Shown piece after piece: positions 52,061 to 62,180 of a DNA stretch of 64,000 nucleotides; the first letter of the stretch is position 1, and the number at the start of each line of letters is the position of its first letter. Source of the DNA: an uncultured Pseudomonadota bacterium (GTDB taxonomy: Bacteria > Pseudomonadota > Gammaproteobacteria > Burkholderiales > SG8-39); assembly GCA_903921325.1 (NCBI GenBank), contig CAIXPL010000037.1, positions 287,621 through 351,620 of the forward strand. Direction: 5' to 3'. The position numbers and the translations under genes were made by a program. The notes under the pieces were generated by a model. It was given only the letters and a program-made list of their open reading frames with translations, did not search any database and was not told the DNA's origin.

Positions 52061-52630
52061 TTACTTTGAATTGACGGTGGCTTTTTCCAGAACGAGCTGG
52101 GTCATCGGCACATCTCCATAAGGACCCACGCGGGTTGTCGGGACGGTGGCCATCGCATCGACCACCGACAGGCCATCCACCACCTTGCCAAACACTGCAT
52201 AGCCCGGGTTGCTGTCTGACGCCCGGTTCAGCATGGCATTGTCAACCAGGTTGATAAAAAACTGCGACGTGGCGGAATCCGGGTCGCTGGTGCGCGCCAT
52301 GGAGAGCGTGCCGCGCAGATTGGGAAGGCCGTTTTTTGCCTCGTTCACAACCGGTGGGTGAGTCGGCTTTTGCGTCATCTGCTTCGTGAAGCCGCCGCCT
52401 TGCACGACAAATCCCGGGATCACCCGATGAAAAATCGTGCCGTCGTAGTGGCCGTCCCGAACATATTTCAGGAAATTCTCCGCCGATTTTGGCGCTTTGT
52501 CGGCAAACAACTCAATCACGATGGTGCCTTTGCTGGTCTGTAGCGTCACTCTGGGGTTCTGCTGAGCCAGGCTGGTCGTCGTGCCGAGAGCGAGCACGCA
52601 GGCGCACAGGAGGGACGTAATTGATTTCAT
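52061..52630 (-). CDS. ppiA: Periplasmic cyclophilin-type peptidyl-prolyl isomerase
   Basis: Signal peptide MKSITSLLCACVLALGTTTSLA, and FHRVIPGFVVQGGG. Confidence 0.9.
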   Translation of the reverse strand: MKSITSLLCACVLALGTTTSLAQQNPRVTLQTSKGTIVIELFADKAPKSAENFLKYVRDGHYDGTIFHRVIPGFVVQGGGFTKQMTQKPTHPPVVNEAKNGLPNLRGTLSMARTSDPDSATSQFFINLVDNAMLNRASDSNPGYAVFGKVVDGLSVVDAMATVPTTRVGPYGDVPMTQLVLEKATVNSK

Positions 52631-53466
52631 CGGACGGTATCCTCTTGAGATCGTGGGGATGGTTCACAGCGCTCAGGCAAGCGCTCGCTGGTTGCATTCT
52701 CGCCGGTCCGGCGGGGCGGCGACTCACAGTCATCGAGCGCGCTGGCGCTGATGGCCTGCTCGATGCGTTGCAAGGCTTGGGTCGCCGAGCGGGTGGGCGC
52801 GGCATTCTGTCCCACCAGCTCGAGTGCAATGATCAACTTGGCGCGAGCGGTACGGTGAGCAGGATCGAGATCGTTCAGGCGTTGATAGGTCTGCAGGGCG
52901 AGTTGGGCGTACAGGTCGGCCATATTCTCCATCGCCACCCGGCTGGATGGATTGGCACGCAACGCCCCCTCAAGTGCCTCGCGGGCACGCTCCAGCGCCC
53001 CGGTGCGCACATGCAGGACGGCAAGATTATTGAGGGGTTGTTCCAGTTCGGGGTGCGCATTCGCCAGGGCGCTGAAGGCGGCGATCGCCTCGTCGGTACG
53101 CCCGAGATCGGCAAGTATCAGCGCATACACGAACGCCGCCTCGGCATTCTGCGATTGCTGCGTAACCAGTGCCTGAGCGCGCTCCAGGGCGGCTTGCAGA
53201 TTGCCGCTGCGGCGCAAGCGCTCGATGGCTCGAATTTCCACCGATTGCGGGGTCAATGAAGGCAGCAGCGGGGTCAACGCACCGGCACTGCTCTGACCAG
53301 CGCTGCCACTGCTTGCCGACAGGTAGCGCGTTTCGATGGCTGGCGATTGGGCGAGCGCCAGCAGGGGCGTCAGCGTGGCCACGAGCGCGAACCATAGCCA
53401 GCCCAGTAGCGGCAGGCAATCGGATGGTCGTTGAGGGGCGGCCTTGAGCGGCATCTGCGATATCAT
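52627..53466 (-). CDS. Tetratricopeptide-repeat protein with N-terminal membrane/signal anchor
   Basis: 279 aa with repeated TPR-like helices (NAEAAFVYALILADLGRTDEAIAAFSALANAHPE...). ATGA overlap with ppiA. Confidence 0.65.
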   Translation of the reverse strand: MISQMPLKAAPQRPSDCLPLLGWLWFALVATLTPLLALAQSPAIETRYLSASSGSAGQSSAGALTPLLPSLTPQSVEIRAIERLRRSGNLQAALERAQALVTQQSQNAEAAFVYALILADLGRTDEAIAAFSALANAHPELEQPLNNLAVLHVRTGALERAREALEGALRANPSSRVAMENMADLYAQLALQTYQRLNDLDPAHRTARAKLIIALELVGQNAAPTRSATQALQRIEQAISASALDDCESPPRRTGENATSERLPERCEPSPRSQEDTVR

Positions 53467-53540
53467 GGCTGGTTTGACATGCTACGGTTGCTGCGCAGGC
53501 GGTGACCGCAGAGTGAACCTCCGATTCTAGCCGATCCGCC

Positions 53541-54920
53541 ATGCTGCAGATTTACAACACGCTCACCCGCTGCAAAGACCTGTTCAAACCGATCGAACCG
53601 GGGCGCGTTCGCATGTACGTCTGCGGCATGACCGTATACGACTATTGCCATCTTGGTCATGCCCGGGTGATGGTGGTCTTTGACATGGTGCAGCGCTGGC
53701 TGCGCACGAGCGGTTATGCGCTTACCTATGTTCGCAATATCACCGACATCGACGACAAGATCATCCGCCGGGCGGTCGAGAACAACGAAACGATTGGCGA
53801 GCTGACCAACCGGTTCATCCAGTATATGAATGAGGATGCCGCCGCACTGGGCGTGCAGCGACCGGATTGCGAACCGCGGGCGACCGACTATCTGCCGCAG
53901 ATGCTCAGCATGATCGGGATCCTCGAGCGCAACGGTCTGGCCTATCGCGCTGCGGGCGGCGATGTCAATTTTGCGGTGCGCCGATTCGCAGGCTACGGAC
54001 GCCTGTCGGGCAAGTCGCTGGAGGATCTGCGCGCCGGTGAACGGGTTGAGGTCGACTCAAGCAAACAGGACCCGCTCGATTTCGTGTTGTGGAAGCATGC
54101 GCGCGCCAATGAACCCGCGTGGCCCTCTGAGTTTGGCCCCGGGCGGCCAGGCTGGCACATCGAATGCTCGGCAATGTCGGGCAGCTTGCTTGGACCGCAT
54201 TTTGATATCCATGGCGGCGGCGCCGATCTGCAGTTTCCACACCACGAAAACGAGATCGCCCAGTCCGAAGGCGCGAACGGGCAGACTTTTGTCAACTATT
54301 GGATGCACAACGGCTTCGTGCGCGTTGATGAACAGAAGATGTCCAAGTCACTGGGCAATTTCTTCACCATTCGCGAAGTGCTGCGGCGCTATGACGCTGA
54401 AGTGGTGCGTTTTTTCATTCTGCGTGCCCACTATCGCAGTCCGTTGAACTATTCCGATCAGCATCTGGATGACGCCAGTCAGGCGCTCACCCGCCTCTAC
54501 ACCGCATTGCGCACATGCGGCGATACCGCGCTGCCGGCCGCCGCGATCGACTGGAATGATCCTGCGGCGCAGACCTTCAAGGCGGCGATGGATGATGATT
54601 TCAACACCCCGGAGGCGCTGGCGGTCTTGTTTGATCTCGCATCGCGGGTCAATCGCGGCGAGACCGCATGCGCGCCCTTGCTGGTCGGCCTGGGCCGTGT
54701 TCTGGGCCTGTTGAACCGCGATCCGGCGTCGTTCCTGCAACGTGGTTTGAGCGCAGCGGGCGCGCTGGATGAAGCCGAGATCGACCGGCTGATCGCCGCC
54801 CGCGCCGAGGCCAAGCGGGCGCGCGACTTCAAGGCCGCCGATCGCATTCGCGATCAGCTCAAGGACGCCGGCATCATGCTTGAGGACAGTGCGCTAGGCA
54901 CCGTGTGGCGCAAGGCCTGA
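53541..54920 (+). CDS. cysS: Cysteine--tRNA ligase
   Basis: HIGH-type motif (HLGHAR) and KMSKS. Confidence 0.96.
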   Translation: MLQIYNTLTRCKDLFKPIEPGRVRMYVCGMTVYDYCHLGHARVMVVFDMVQRWLRTSGYALTYVRNITDIDDKIIRRAVENNETIGELTNRFIQYMNEDAAALGVQRPDCEPRATDYLPQMLSMIGILERNGLAYRAAGGDVNFAVRRFAGYGRLSGKSLEDLRAGERVEVDSSKQDPLDFVLWKHARANEPAWPSEFGPGRPGWHIECSAMSGSLLGPHFDIHGGGADLQFPHHENEIAQSEGANGQTFVNYWMHNGFVRVDEQKMSKSLGNFFTIREVLRRYDAEVVRFFILRAHYRSPLNYSDQHLDDASQALTRLYTALRTCGDTALPAAAIDWNDPAAQTFKAAMDDDFNTPEALAVLFDLASRVNRGETACAPLLVGLGRVLGLLNRDPASFLQRGLSAAGALDEAEIDRLIAARAEAKRARDFKAADRIRDQLKDAGIMLEDSALGTVWRKA

Positions 54921-54943
54921 AGACGGCGAAGTGCCGCCTTTTG
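54919..54943 (+). terminator. Intrinsic terminator after cysS
   Basis: AAGACGGC-gaagt-GCCGCCTT with one mismatch, followed by TTTGGG. It sits between convergent cysS and dnaJ. Confidence 0.55.
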
Positions 54944-54945
54944 GG

Positions 54946-56073
54946 CTATTCCGAGAAAAACGCCTTGACCCGATCGACCCACGACTTCGAGCGGGGATTG
55001 TGCCGATCGCCGCCCTTGGCGGTCAGCGCCTCAAATTCACGCAACAGTTCGCGCTGCCGATCGGTGAGGTTGATCGGGGTCTCGATCACCACGTGACAGT
55101 AGAGATCACCGGCTTGCGCCGCCCGTAAGCCTTTGATGCCCTTGCTGCGCAGGCGAAATGTCTTGCCGCTTTGCGTCTCAGCCGGAATCCTGATCTGCGC
55201 CGCGCCGTCCAGTGTCGGCAGTTCGATGTCACCACCCAGGGCTGCAGTGGTGATACTCACCGGCATCTCGCAATGCAGATCATTGCCCTCACGCTGGAAA
55301 ATGGCGTGCTGCTTGACGCTCATCTGCACATACAGGTCGCCCGCCGGGCCGCCATTGACGCCGGGCTCACCCTCACCGGAGAGCCGGATGCGGTCGCCTT
55401 CATCGACACCGGCCGGAATTTTCACGGACAGGGTCTTTTGCGTCTTGATGCGTCCGCTACCCTGGCAGGGATGACAGGGGTCGGAATTCACCTTGCCCGC
55501 ACCATGGCAGGAGGGACAGGTCTGCTGGATCGAGAAAAAGCCCTGCGAGACCCGTACCTGACCCGCGCCATTACAGGTGGGGCAGGTTTTCGGTTGTGTG
55601 CCCGGTTTTGCACCGCTGCCATGGCAGACTCCGCATGGGTCGCTCGATGGGATGCGGATCTTGGTTTCGGTGCCGTGCGCGGCCTGCTCAAGCGTGATCT
55701 CGAGGTTGTAACGCAGATCTGCGCCACGATAGACCCCGGAGCGTCCGCCCCGATTGGCACCGCCGCCAAAGATGTCACCGAAGATGTCGCCAAAGGCATC
55801 GGCAAAACCGCCCATGCCGGCACCGGCAGCACCCTGCTGCTCGACGCCTGCGTGGCCGAAGCGATCGTACGCTGCCCGCTTGCCTGCGTCGGTCAAGGTT
55901 TCGTAGGCCTCTTTGGCCTCCTTGAATTTACCCTCAGCCGATTTGTCATCCGGATTGCGGTCGGGATGAAATTTCATCGCGAGTTTGCGATAGGCCTTCT
56001 TGATCGTGTCCTCGTCCGCGTCGCGGTTGACGCCGAGCACTTCGTAATAGTCACGCTTTGCCATATCGCTCAT
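54946..56073 (-). CDS. dnaJ: Molecular chaperone DnaJ
   Basis: J-domain HPD (KFHPDRNP), a G/F-rich region, and four CxxCxGxG zinc-finger repeats. Confidence 0.97.
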   Translation of the reverse strand: MSDMAKRDYYEVLGVNRDADEDTIKKAYRKLAMKFHPDRNPDDKSAEGKFKEAKEAYETLTDAGKRAAYDRFGHAGVEQQGAAGAGMGGFADAFGDIFGDIFGGGANRGGRSGVYRGADLRYNLEITLEQAAHGTETKIRIPSSDPCGVCHGSGAKPGTQPKTCPTCNGAGQVRVSQGFFSIQQTCPSCHGAGKVNSDPCHPCQGSGRIKTQKTLSVKIPAGVDEGDRIRLSGEGEPGVNGGPAGDLYVQMSVKQHAIFQREGNDLHCEMPVSITTAALGGDIELPTLDGAAQIRIPAETQSGKTFRLRSKGIKGLRAAQAGDLYCHVVIETPINLTDRQRELLREFEALTAKGGDRHNPRSKSWVDRVKAFFSE

Positions 56074-56117
56074 TGGTTCGATCCGGCTTGCCCTGCTGCG
56101 AACAAGCCCTGACTATG

Positions 56118-56150
56118 CAAAAGGCCGGTAGCCATCACGGCCCCGGCCTG
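56118..56150 (-). terminator. Hairpin with U-run between dnaK and dnaJ (partial terminator / attenuator)
   Basis: On the minus strand: AGGCCGG-ggccgtgatggcta-CCGGCCT followed by TTTGC. Confidence 0.45.
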
Positions 56151-56174
56151 CCCTTCAGGTCAACGGAGAAGGAC

Positions 56175-58085
56175 TTACTTCTTGTCCTTCACTTCGGTGA
56201 ACTCCGCGTCGACCACATTGTCATCGTCCTTCGCTGCCTGTGCCGGCTCGCCGCCGGGCGCCTGGCCCGGAGCCGGTTGTGCATGTTCAGCCAGCTTTTG
56301 TGCAAGCACGGATAGTGCCTGACCCTGCGCCTCAATTCTCGATTTGTCTTCGGTCTTGAGTGCTTCATCGGCTTCCTTCAAGGCGGCTTCGATCGACGAT
56401 TTCTCATCAGCCGGCACCTTATCGCCGAGTTCGGTCAGGGACTTGCGAACCGAATGGGCGAGTCCGTCGAGTTGGTTGCGCGCGGTGATCAACTCCAGCT
56501 TGATCTTGTCCTCGGCCGCATTGAGCTCGGCATCCTTCACCATGCGCTGTACTTCTTCTTCGGACAATCCGGAATTGGCCTTGATCGTGATTTTGTTTTC
56601 CTTGCCGGTGGTCTTGTCACGTGCCGACACGTGCAAGATGCCGTTGGCATCGATATCAAAACCCACCTCGATCTGCGGCAATCCGCGCGCCGAAGCCGCA
56701 ATGCCTTCCAGGTTGAACTGCCCCAGACTCTTGTTGCCGGAGGACATTTCGCGCTCACCTTGCAGCACATGGATGGTGACCGCAGTCTGGTTATCCTCGG
56801 CCGTTGAGAACACCTGCTTGGCATTGGTCGGGATGGTGGTGTTTTTCTTGATGAGTTTGGTCATCACACCGCCCAGAGTTTCGATGCCCAGTGACAGTGG
56901 CGTCACGTCAAGCAACAGTACGTCCTTGCGTTCACCCGAGAGGACCGATCCCTGGATTGCCGCACCGACAGCGACGGCTTCGTCCGGGTTCACATCCTTG
57001 CGCGGTTCGCGCTCGAAGATATCCTTGACCTTCTCCTGCACTTTGGGCATGCGCGTCATGCCACCGACCAGGATCACATCGGAGATGTCGGTAAGCTTGA
57101 CGCCGGCGTCCTTGATCGCGATGCGGCACGGTTCGATGGTCTTCTCGATCAATTCATCGACCAGCGCCTCCAGCTTGGCGCGCGACAGCTTGATCGACAT
57201 ATGCTTCGGACCACTGGCATCCGCCGTGACATAGGGCAGATTCACCTCGGTCTGCTGTGACGAGGACAATTCGATCTTCGCCTTCTCGGCGGCCTCTTTC
57301 AGCCGTTGCAGGGCGAGCACATCCTTGCGCAGATCGATGCCTTGCTCACGACGGAATTCGTCGCACAGGAAATCCATGATGCGCTGGTCAAAGTCCTCAC
57401 CACCGAGGAAGGTATCGCCATTGGTCGAGAGCACTTCAAACTGCTTCTCGCCGTCGACATCGGCAATTTCGATGATCGACACATCGAATGTGCCACCACC
57501 CAGGTCATACACCGCGATCTTGCGATCGCTGCCCTGCTTGTCCAGACCAAAGGCCAGTGCGGCGGCGGTCGGCTCGTTGATGATGCGCTTCACTTCCAGG
57601 CCAGCAATCCGGCCGGCATCCTTGGTGGCTTGACGCTGGCTGTCGTTAAAGTAAGCCGGCACCGTGATCACCGCCTCGGTGACCGTCTCGCCAAGGTAGT
57701 CCTCGGCGGTCTTTTTCATTTTGCGCAGCACTTCGGCCGACACCTGCTGCGGTGCCGTGCGCTTGCCGCGCACTTCAACCCAGGCATCGCCATTTTCATG
57801 CTTCACGATCTTGTAGGGCATCAGGTTGATGTCCTTCTGCACTTCCTTTTCGTCAAAGCGTCGGCCGATCAGTCGCTTCACCGCGTACAGGGTGTTGGTC
57901 GGGTTGGTCACCGCCTGGCGCTTGGCCGGTGCACCGACCAGAATCTCACCGTCTTCCAGATAGGCCACGATCGACGGGGTGGTACGTGCGCCCTCAGAGT
58001 TCTCGATTACCTTGGGCTGGCCGCCCTCCATGATCGCCACGCAGGAATTGGTGGTGCCGAGGTCAATGCCGATGATCTTTGCCAT
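56175..58085 (-). CDS. dnaK: Molecular chaperone DnaK (Hsp70)
   Basis: 636 aa with GIDLGTTNS and DLGGGTFD. Confidence 0.98.
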   Translation of the reverse strand: MAKIIGIDLGTTNSCVAIMEGGQPKVIENSEGARTTPSIVAYLEDGEILVGAPAKRQAVTNPTNTLYAVKRLIGRRFDEKEVQKDINLMPYKIVKHENGDAWVEVRGKRTAPQQVSAEVLRKMKKTAEDYLGETVTEAVITVPAYFNDSQRQATKDAGRIAGLEVKRIINEPTAAALAFGLDKQGSDRKIAVYDLGGGTFDVSIIEIADVDGEKQFEVLSTNGDTFLGGEDFDQRIMDFLCDEFRREQGIDLRKDVLALQRLKEAAEKAKIELSSSQQTEVNLPYVTADASGPKHMSIKLSRAKLEALVDELIEKTIEPCRIAIKDAGVKLTDISDVILVGGMTRMPKVQEKVKDIFEREPRKDVNPDEAVAVGAAIQGSVLSGERKDVLLLDVTPLSLGIETLGGVMTKLIKKNTTIPTNAKQVFSTAEDNQTAVTIHVLQGEREMSSGNKSLGQFNLEGIAASARGLPQIEVGFDIDANGILHVSARDKTTGKENKITIKANSGLSEEEVQRMVKDAELNAAEDKIKLELITARNQLDGLAHSVRKSLTELGDKVPADEKSSIEAALKEADEALKTEDKSRIEAQGQALSVLAQKLAEHAQPAPGQAPGGEPAQAAKDDDNVVDAEFTEVKDKK

Positions 58086-58128
58086 GATGTCTATCCTTGA
58101 ATCCGGTCAGAATGAAGTAATGGTCTGC

Positions 58129-58156
58129 AGGTGGGGGCGGATGGCCCCGATTCAAG
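58129..58156 (-). promoter_or_regulatory. Sigma-32 (RpoH)-type heat-shock promoter of dnaK
   Basis: On the minus strand: CTTGAA (58156-58151), 13 nt, CCCCCACCT (58137-58129). The consensus is CTTGAAA-N13-15-CCCCATnT. It lies 10 nt after the grpE stop and about 45 nt before the dnaK ATG. Confidence 0.6.
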
Positions 58157-58165
58157 CGCTCGCGT

Positions 58166-58774
58166 CTAGCTGTTGTCAGGTTTTTTGGCTACCGTGACCA
58201 GCGCCGGTCGCAAGGTGCGCTCGGCAATCAGGTAGCCTTTTTGCAGGACACTCACCACCGTATTGGGGTCTTGCGTCGAGGGCACGGCGCTGATGGCCTG
58301 GTGCCGGTTGGGGTCAAATTTCTCACCCACCGGGTCAAGTTCGCGCAGACCGCCTTTGTCGAAAGCGGCCTTGAGCTGACGCAAGGTGAGTTCGACGCCG
58401 GCACGCATGGCCTCGACGGTGCCCTCAGTGCTGTTCAAGGCCGCCTCGAGACTGTCCTTGACCGGAATCAGTTCGGCACAAAACCCCTCGAGGGCAAACT
58501 TGTGCGCCTTGGTGACGTCGTCCTGCGCGCGCCGCCGAATGTTTTCCGTCTCGGCGCGTGCCCGCAGGAAGGCATCGTAATGTTCCTGCGACTGCGCTTC
58601 GGCCGCGCTCAGGCGTGCTTCAAGACTCGCCAGCGGGCTCTCTGCGCCAGCCGGCGCCGCGCCGCCCTGAGTGCCGTCGTGACCATGTCCGTGGGCGTTG
58701 CCCTGGGTATTGCCATGAGCGCTGCCCTGAGGGTTACCCGCGGCCTCTGCTCCGGTATCGGAAGCGTGTTCCAT
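58166..58774 (-). CDS. grpE: Nucleotide exchange factor GrpE
   Basis: The ATG at 58774 is preceded by AAGGAG. Conserved GrpE core ([18 protein letters not shown]..., VVSVLQKGY). The ORF-track start at 58831 is upstream of the RBS. Confidence 0.92.
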   Translation of the reverse strand: MEHASDTGAEAAGNPQGSAHGNTQGNAHGHGHDGTQGGAAPAGAESPLASLEARLSAAEAQSQEHYDAFLRARAETENIRRRAQDDVTKAHKFALEGFCAELIPVKDSLEAALNSTEGTVEAMRAGVELTLRQLKAAFDKGGLRELDPVGEKFDPNRHQAISAVPSTQDPNTVVSVLQKGYLIAERTLRPALVTVAKKPDNS

Positions 58775-58805
58775 GTGATTGATTCTCCTTGAGAAACCAC
58801 AGCAG

Positions 58806-58832
58806 TATTGTGGCGACCCAAGTGAATTCAAG
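58806..58832 (-). promoter_or_regulatory. Weaker sigma-32-like promoter candidate for grpE
   Basis: On the minus strand: CTTGAA (58832-58827), 13 nt, CCACAATA (58813-58806). Confidence 0.35.
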
Positions 58833-59024
58833 AGCCAGAGTCAAAAATTTCCTTATCGTCCCTGCCTATTTCGTCACCACGACGTCGCAGGGGCAAGTGC
58901 TGTCGGTGCGTTGACTGATGTCTCGTGCCGGGCGATCGATGAGTGTCACCTGGCACGAGGCAGTGGTGGAACGCGGCAGCGGACGCGCGCCCGGTGCGGC
59001 AGGTACTTGCGCGTGTCGCGGGCC

Positions 59025-59375
59025 TTAGCGCCCGAATGCGGCGCGTAGCGCAGAGCCGATTGCCCAGGTGAACAGGCTGTAGAGCACCGCACCCCAGAAT
59101 GCGTCCCAGAATCCGCCCACCTGAAATCCATCGAGAAACGATGAGGCAAACCAGAACAGCAGACCGTTGATCACCAGAATGAAGGCGCCCAGCGTGACCA
59201 GCGTCAGCGGCAGGGTGAGCACGATGAGCAAGGGGCGAATAAGGGCATTCAACAGTCCCAGCACCAGCGCGGCAATCAGCGCGCTATAGAACGAATTGAC
59301 CTTGATGCCTTCCAGCAGGTAGGGCAGACCCATCAGAACCAGGGCGTTGATGGCCCAGTGCACAATCAGCTTCAC
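59025..59375 (-). CDS. DUF360 / phage-holin-4-like small membrane protein (YvlD-like)
   Basis: 116 aa with 3-4 TM helices (WAINALVLMGLPYLL..., LIVLTLPLTLVTLGAFILVINGLLF). GTGA overlap with the hemH stop. Confidence 0.6.
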   Translation of the reverse strand: MKLIVHWAINALVLMGLPYLLEGIKVNSFYSALIAALVLGLLNALIRPLLIVLTLPLTLVTLGAFILVINGLLFWFASSFLDGFQVGGFWDAFWGAVLYSLFTWAIGSALRAAFGR

Positions 59376-60460
59376 TGTGATGCTCCCAGGGCCATGGCCC
59401 GTTTCGTTCGTTCATCCAGGGCGGCTTGCCCCGCCGGTTCAAACCATTGGTGCAATTCAGGGCGTATCAGGCTGGCCAGCGCCGCAATCCACTCCGCGTC
59501 GCCATTGAGGCAGGGAATGGGCCGAAATGATCGGCCACCGGCGGCCAGAAACGCGTCGCGCACTTCAATGCCGATTTCTTCCAGGGTCTCGAGACAATCG
59601 GACACAAAACTGGGCATGACAACATCAACCTGCGTCACGCCCCGAGCGGCCAGCTGGCGAACCACGTCCAGAGTATAGGGCTCAAGCCAGCGGTTTGCAC
59701 CAAAACGCGACTGGAAACTGACCGACCATTGATCCGCTGCGAGATCCAGAGATTCAGCGAGCAGGCGCGCGGTCTTCAGGCAGTGGCAATGATAGGGGTC
59801 GCCCAGATCCAGTGAGCGGCGTGGCACACCATGAAAACTCACCAGCAAATGCCCGCGCCCTTGCCCGTCGGCCCAGTGTCGGCGTACGCCGCTTGCAAGG
59901 GCCTGAATATAGGCCGGGTGATCATGAAAATCGTGCACCCAGCGCACGCTGGGCAGGGTGCGGGTCGATTGCAGAAATTGGAAAACCTCGTCCATGGTGC
60001 TTGCGGTGGTTGCGGCAGCGTACTGAGGGTACAGCGGCACGATGACGAAATGAGTGCAGCCGGCAGCCCGCAGTTTGGCCATGGCGAGGGCAATATCCGG
60101 GTCGCTGTAGCGCATGGCATAGGCCACCGTCACTCGCTCGCCAAATTCCGCCGCAAGATGCGCCTGCAGGCCCTGCGTCTGGTCAATCGTGTGGCTCAGT
60201 AGTGGCGATTGGCCATTGCGCCAGATGCTCGCGTATTTGGCTGCTGATCGCGGCGCGCGCAAGGTAAGAATCACCAGATGCAGCAGTGGCAACCACAGCC
60301 AGCGCGGGATTTCCACCACCCGCGGATCGGACAGAAAGCGGCCAAGGTAGCGGCGCACCGCCGCGGAGGTGGGTTGCGCGGGGGTGCCGATGTTGACCAA
60401 CAGCACGCCGGCACGCTCACCGGCGCCATGGGTAAAGGGCGGTTCAGCTCGAAAGCGCAT
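59372..60460 (-). CDS. hemH: Ferrochelatase
   Basis: From the ATG at 60460: AGVLLVNIGTPAQPTSAAVRRYLGRFLSDPRVVEIP, PLYPQYAAATT. The ORF-track start at 60700 would overlap the upstream gene. Confidence 0.9.
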   Translation of the reverse strand: MRFRAEPPFTHGAGERAGVLLVNIGTPAQPTSAAVRRYLGRFLSDPRVVEIPRWLWLPLLHLVILTLRAPRSAAKYASIWRNGQSPLLSHTIDQTQGLQAHLAAEFGERVTVAYAMRYSDPDIALAMAKLRAAGCTHFVIVPLYPQYAAATTASTMDEVFQFLQSTRTLPSVRWVHDFHDHPAYIQALASGVRRHWADGQGRGHLLVSFHGVPRRSLDLGDPYHCHCLKTARLLAESLDLAADQWSVSFQSRFGANRWLEPYTLDVVRQLAARGVTQVDVVMPSFVSDCLETLEEIGIEVRDAFLAAGGRSFRPIPCLNGDAEWIAALASLIRPELHQWFEPAGQAALDERTKRAMALGASQ

Positions 60461-60470
60461 TGTCGCCGGC

Positions 60471-62102
60471 CTAGCTCTGGATACCTTGCGAGGCGAGATA
60501 GTCGTCGTAGCTGCCGGCATAGTCGACCAGAATGGCCGGGGCGTCGGGCGTCGGACCGGGTTTGAGTTCAAGAATCCGTGTGGCCACCGAGGCAACAAAC
60601 TGCCGATCATGCGACACCAGCAGCAGCGTGCCTTCATATTTGGCGAGCGAGGTGTCGAGGGATTCGATGGATTCCATGTCCAGGTGGTTGGTTGGTTCAT
60701 CCATCATCAGCACGTTGGGATGCTCCAGAGTGAGACGTCCGAACACAATGCGCTGTTGCTCGCCGCCAGACAGTACACGCACGGCTTTGGCGCCATCGTC
60801 GCCGGTAAAGAGCAGGCGCCCGAGCGTGGCGCGCACGATCTGGTCGTCCTCATCGGCGCGCTTCCATTGGGTGACCCAGTCGATCAAGGTGATGTCGCTG
60901 TCCAGTTCGCCCGCGTGCTCTTGCGCGCAATAGCCGACGCGGGCTTTCTCGGCCAGCGTGACCGTGCCGCGGCTGAGACCCAGCGCGGGGTCGTCGCGCC
61001 CGGCCAGCGCCCGCAGCAGCGTGGTCTTGCCGATGCCGTTCGGCCCGATGATGGCGACGCGTTCACCGGGCTCGATAATCAGATCGAGCGGGCCGAACAA
61101 GGCGCGCTCGTAGCCGCGCACCAGCCCGGTGGCGTGCACGGCCATGCGCCGGATCGTGTCCTTGGGATCGATTTCAAAACGGATGAAGGGATACTGCCGA
61201 CTGGATGGTTTGACATCCTCGATGCGGATTTTCTCGATTTGCCGCTGCCGTGATGTGGCCTGGCGCGCTTTGCTCTTGTTGGCCGAGAAACGCCGGACGA
61301 ATTCCTGCAGCTCGACAATGCGTTCCTTTGCTTTCGCATTGGCTGCAACCAGTTGCGCCCGCGCCTGCGTTGAGGCGAGCATGTAATCGTCGTAGTTGCC
61401 TGGATAGACCCGGATCGTTCCGTAGTCAAGGTCGGCGGTGTGGGTGCATACCGAATTGAGAAAGTGACGATCGTGCGAGATGATCACCATCGTGCTCGAC
61501 CGCGCGTTGATGACATCCTCGAGCCAGCGGATGGTGTTGATATCCAGATTGTTGGTGGGCTCATCGAGCAACAGCACATCGGGGTCAGAAAACAGGGCCT
61601 GCGCCAGCAGCACCCGCAGTTTCCAGCCCGGTGCAACGGCGCTCATCGGACCATCCTGCAGTGCTGCGGCAATGCCAACGCCCTGCAGCAGTTCTGCCGC
61701 GCGCGCCTCCGCGGTATAGCCGTCGAATTCGGCAAAACGCGCTTCGAGCTCGGCGGCGCGCATGTAATCGTCTTCAGTCGCATCCGGGTTGGCATAGATG
61801 GCATCGCGCTCGGTGCGGGCACGCCACATGTCCTCATGGCCCATCATCACCACGTCGAGTACCCGCTCGTCCTCATAGGCGAACTGGTTCTGTCGCAACT
61901 TGCCCAGGCGCGTGCCGGGCAAGAGCGAGACCTTGCCCCCCGAGGGCTCCAGATCGCCACCGAGAATCTTGATGAAAGTCGATTTGCCGGCGCCATTGGC
62001 GCCGATCAATCCGTAGCGATTGCCATCGGCAAAGCGCACCGAAATCTTTTCAAATAGCGGCTTGGCGCCGAACTGCATGGTGAGGTCTTCTGTTGTAAGC
62101 AC
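60471..62102 (-). CDS. ybiT: ABC-F family ATPase (YbiT-like translation factor type)
   Basis: 543 aa with two ABC cassettes (GANGAGKST / GPNGIGKTT; LSGGE). Nearly collinear with the E. coli YbiT sequence as I recall it. Confidence 0.8.
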   Translation of the reverse strand: MLTTEDLTMQFGAKPLFEKISVRFADGNRYGLIGANGAGKSTFIKILGGDLEPSGGKVSLLPGTRLGKLRQNQFAYEDERVLDVVMMGHEDMWRARTERDAIYANPDATEDDYMRAAELEARFAEFDGYTAEARAAELLQGVGIAAALQDGPMSAVAPGWKLRVLLAQALFSDPDVLLLDEPTNNLDINTIRWLEDVINARSSTMVIISHDRHFLNSVCTHTADLDYGTIRVYPGNYDDYMLASTQARAQLVAANAKAKERIVELQEFVRRFSANKSKARQATSRQRQIEKIRIEDVKPSSRQYPFIRFEIDPKDTIRRMAVHATGLVRGYERALFGPLDLIIEPGERVAIIGPNGIGKTTLLRALAGRDDPALGLSRGTVTLAEKARVGYCAQEHAGELDSDITLIDWVTQWKRADEDDQIVRATLGRLLFTGDDGAKAVRVLSGGEQQRIVFGRLTLEHPNVLMMDEPTNHLDMESIESLDTSLAKYEGTLLLVSHDRQFVASVATRILELKPGPTPDAPAILVDYAGSYDDYLASQGIQS

Positions 62103-62180
62103 TTGAATTTCCGTTGGTACAGGGAGGCGCCTGGGGCAGGCTGGTTGGGCAATCGACCGCTGCGGACTCAGCCGGTCGCG

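Noticed and set aside
56344-58100. Two long plus-strand ORFs (296 aa and 264 aa) antisense to dnaK.
   Set aside because: Long stop-free antisense frames are an expected by-product of GC-rich, codon-biased genes and are classically noted for hsp70. The translations are low-complexity Ser/Ala/Leu- or Gly/His/Leu-rich, neither has an RBS, and dnaK on the other strand is unambiguous.
58775-59024. HrcA/CIRCE operator upstream of grpE, and a hidden small gene in the 250-bp gap.
   Set aside because: No TTAGCACTC-N9-GAGTGCTAA-like inverted repeat is present. The ORFs in the gap (89 aa and 67 aa) lack an RBS and have an Arg/Cys-rich composition. Only an 8-bp hairpin (58922-58959) is present.
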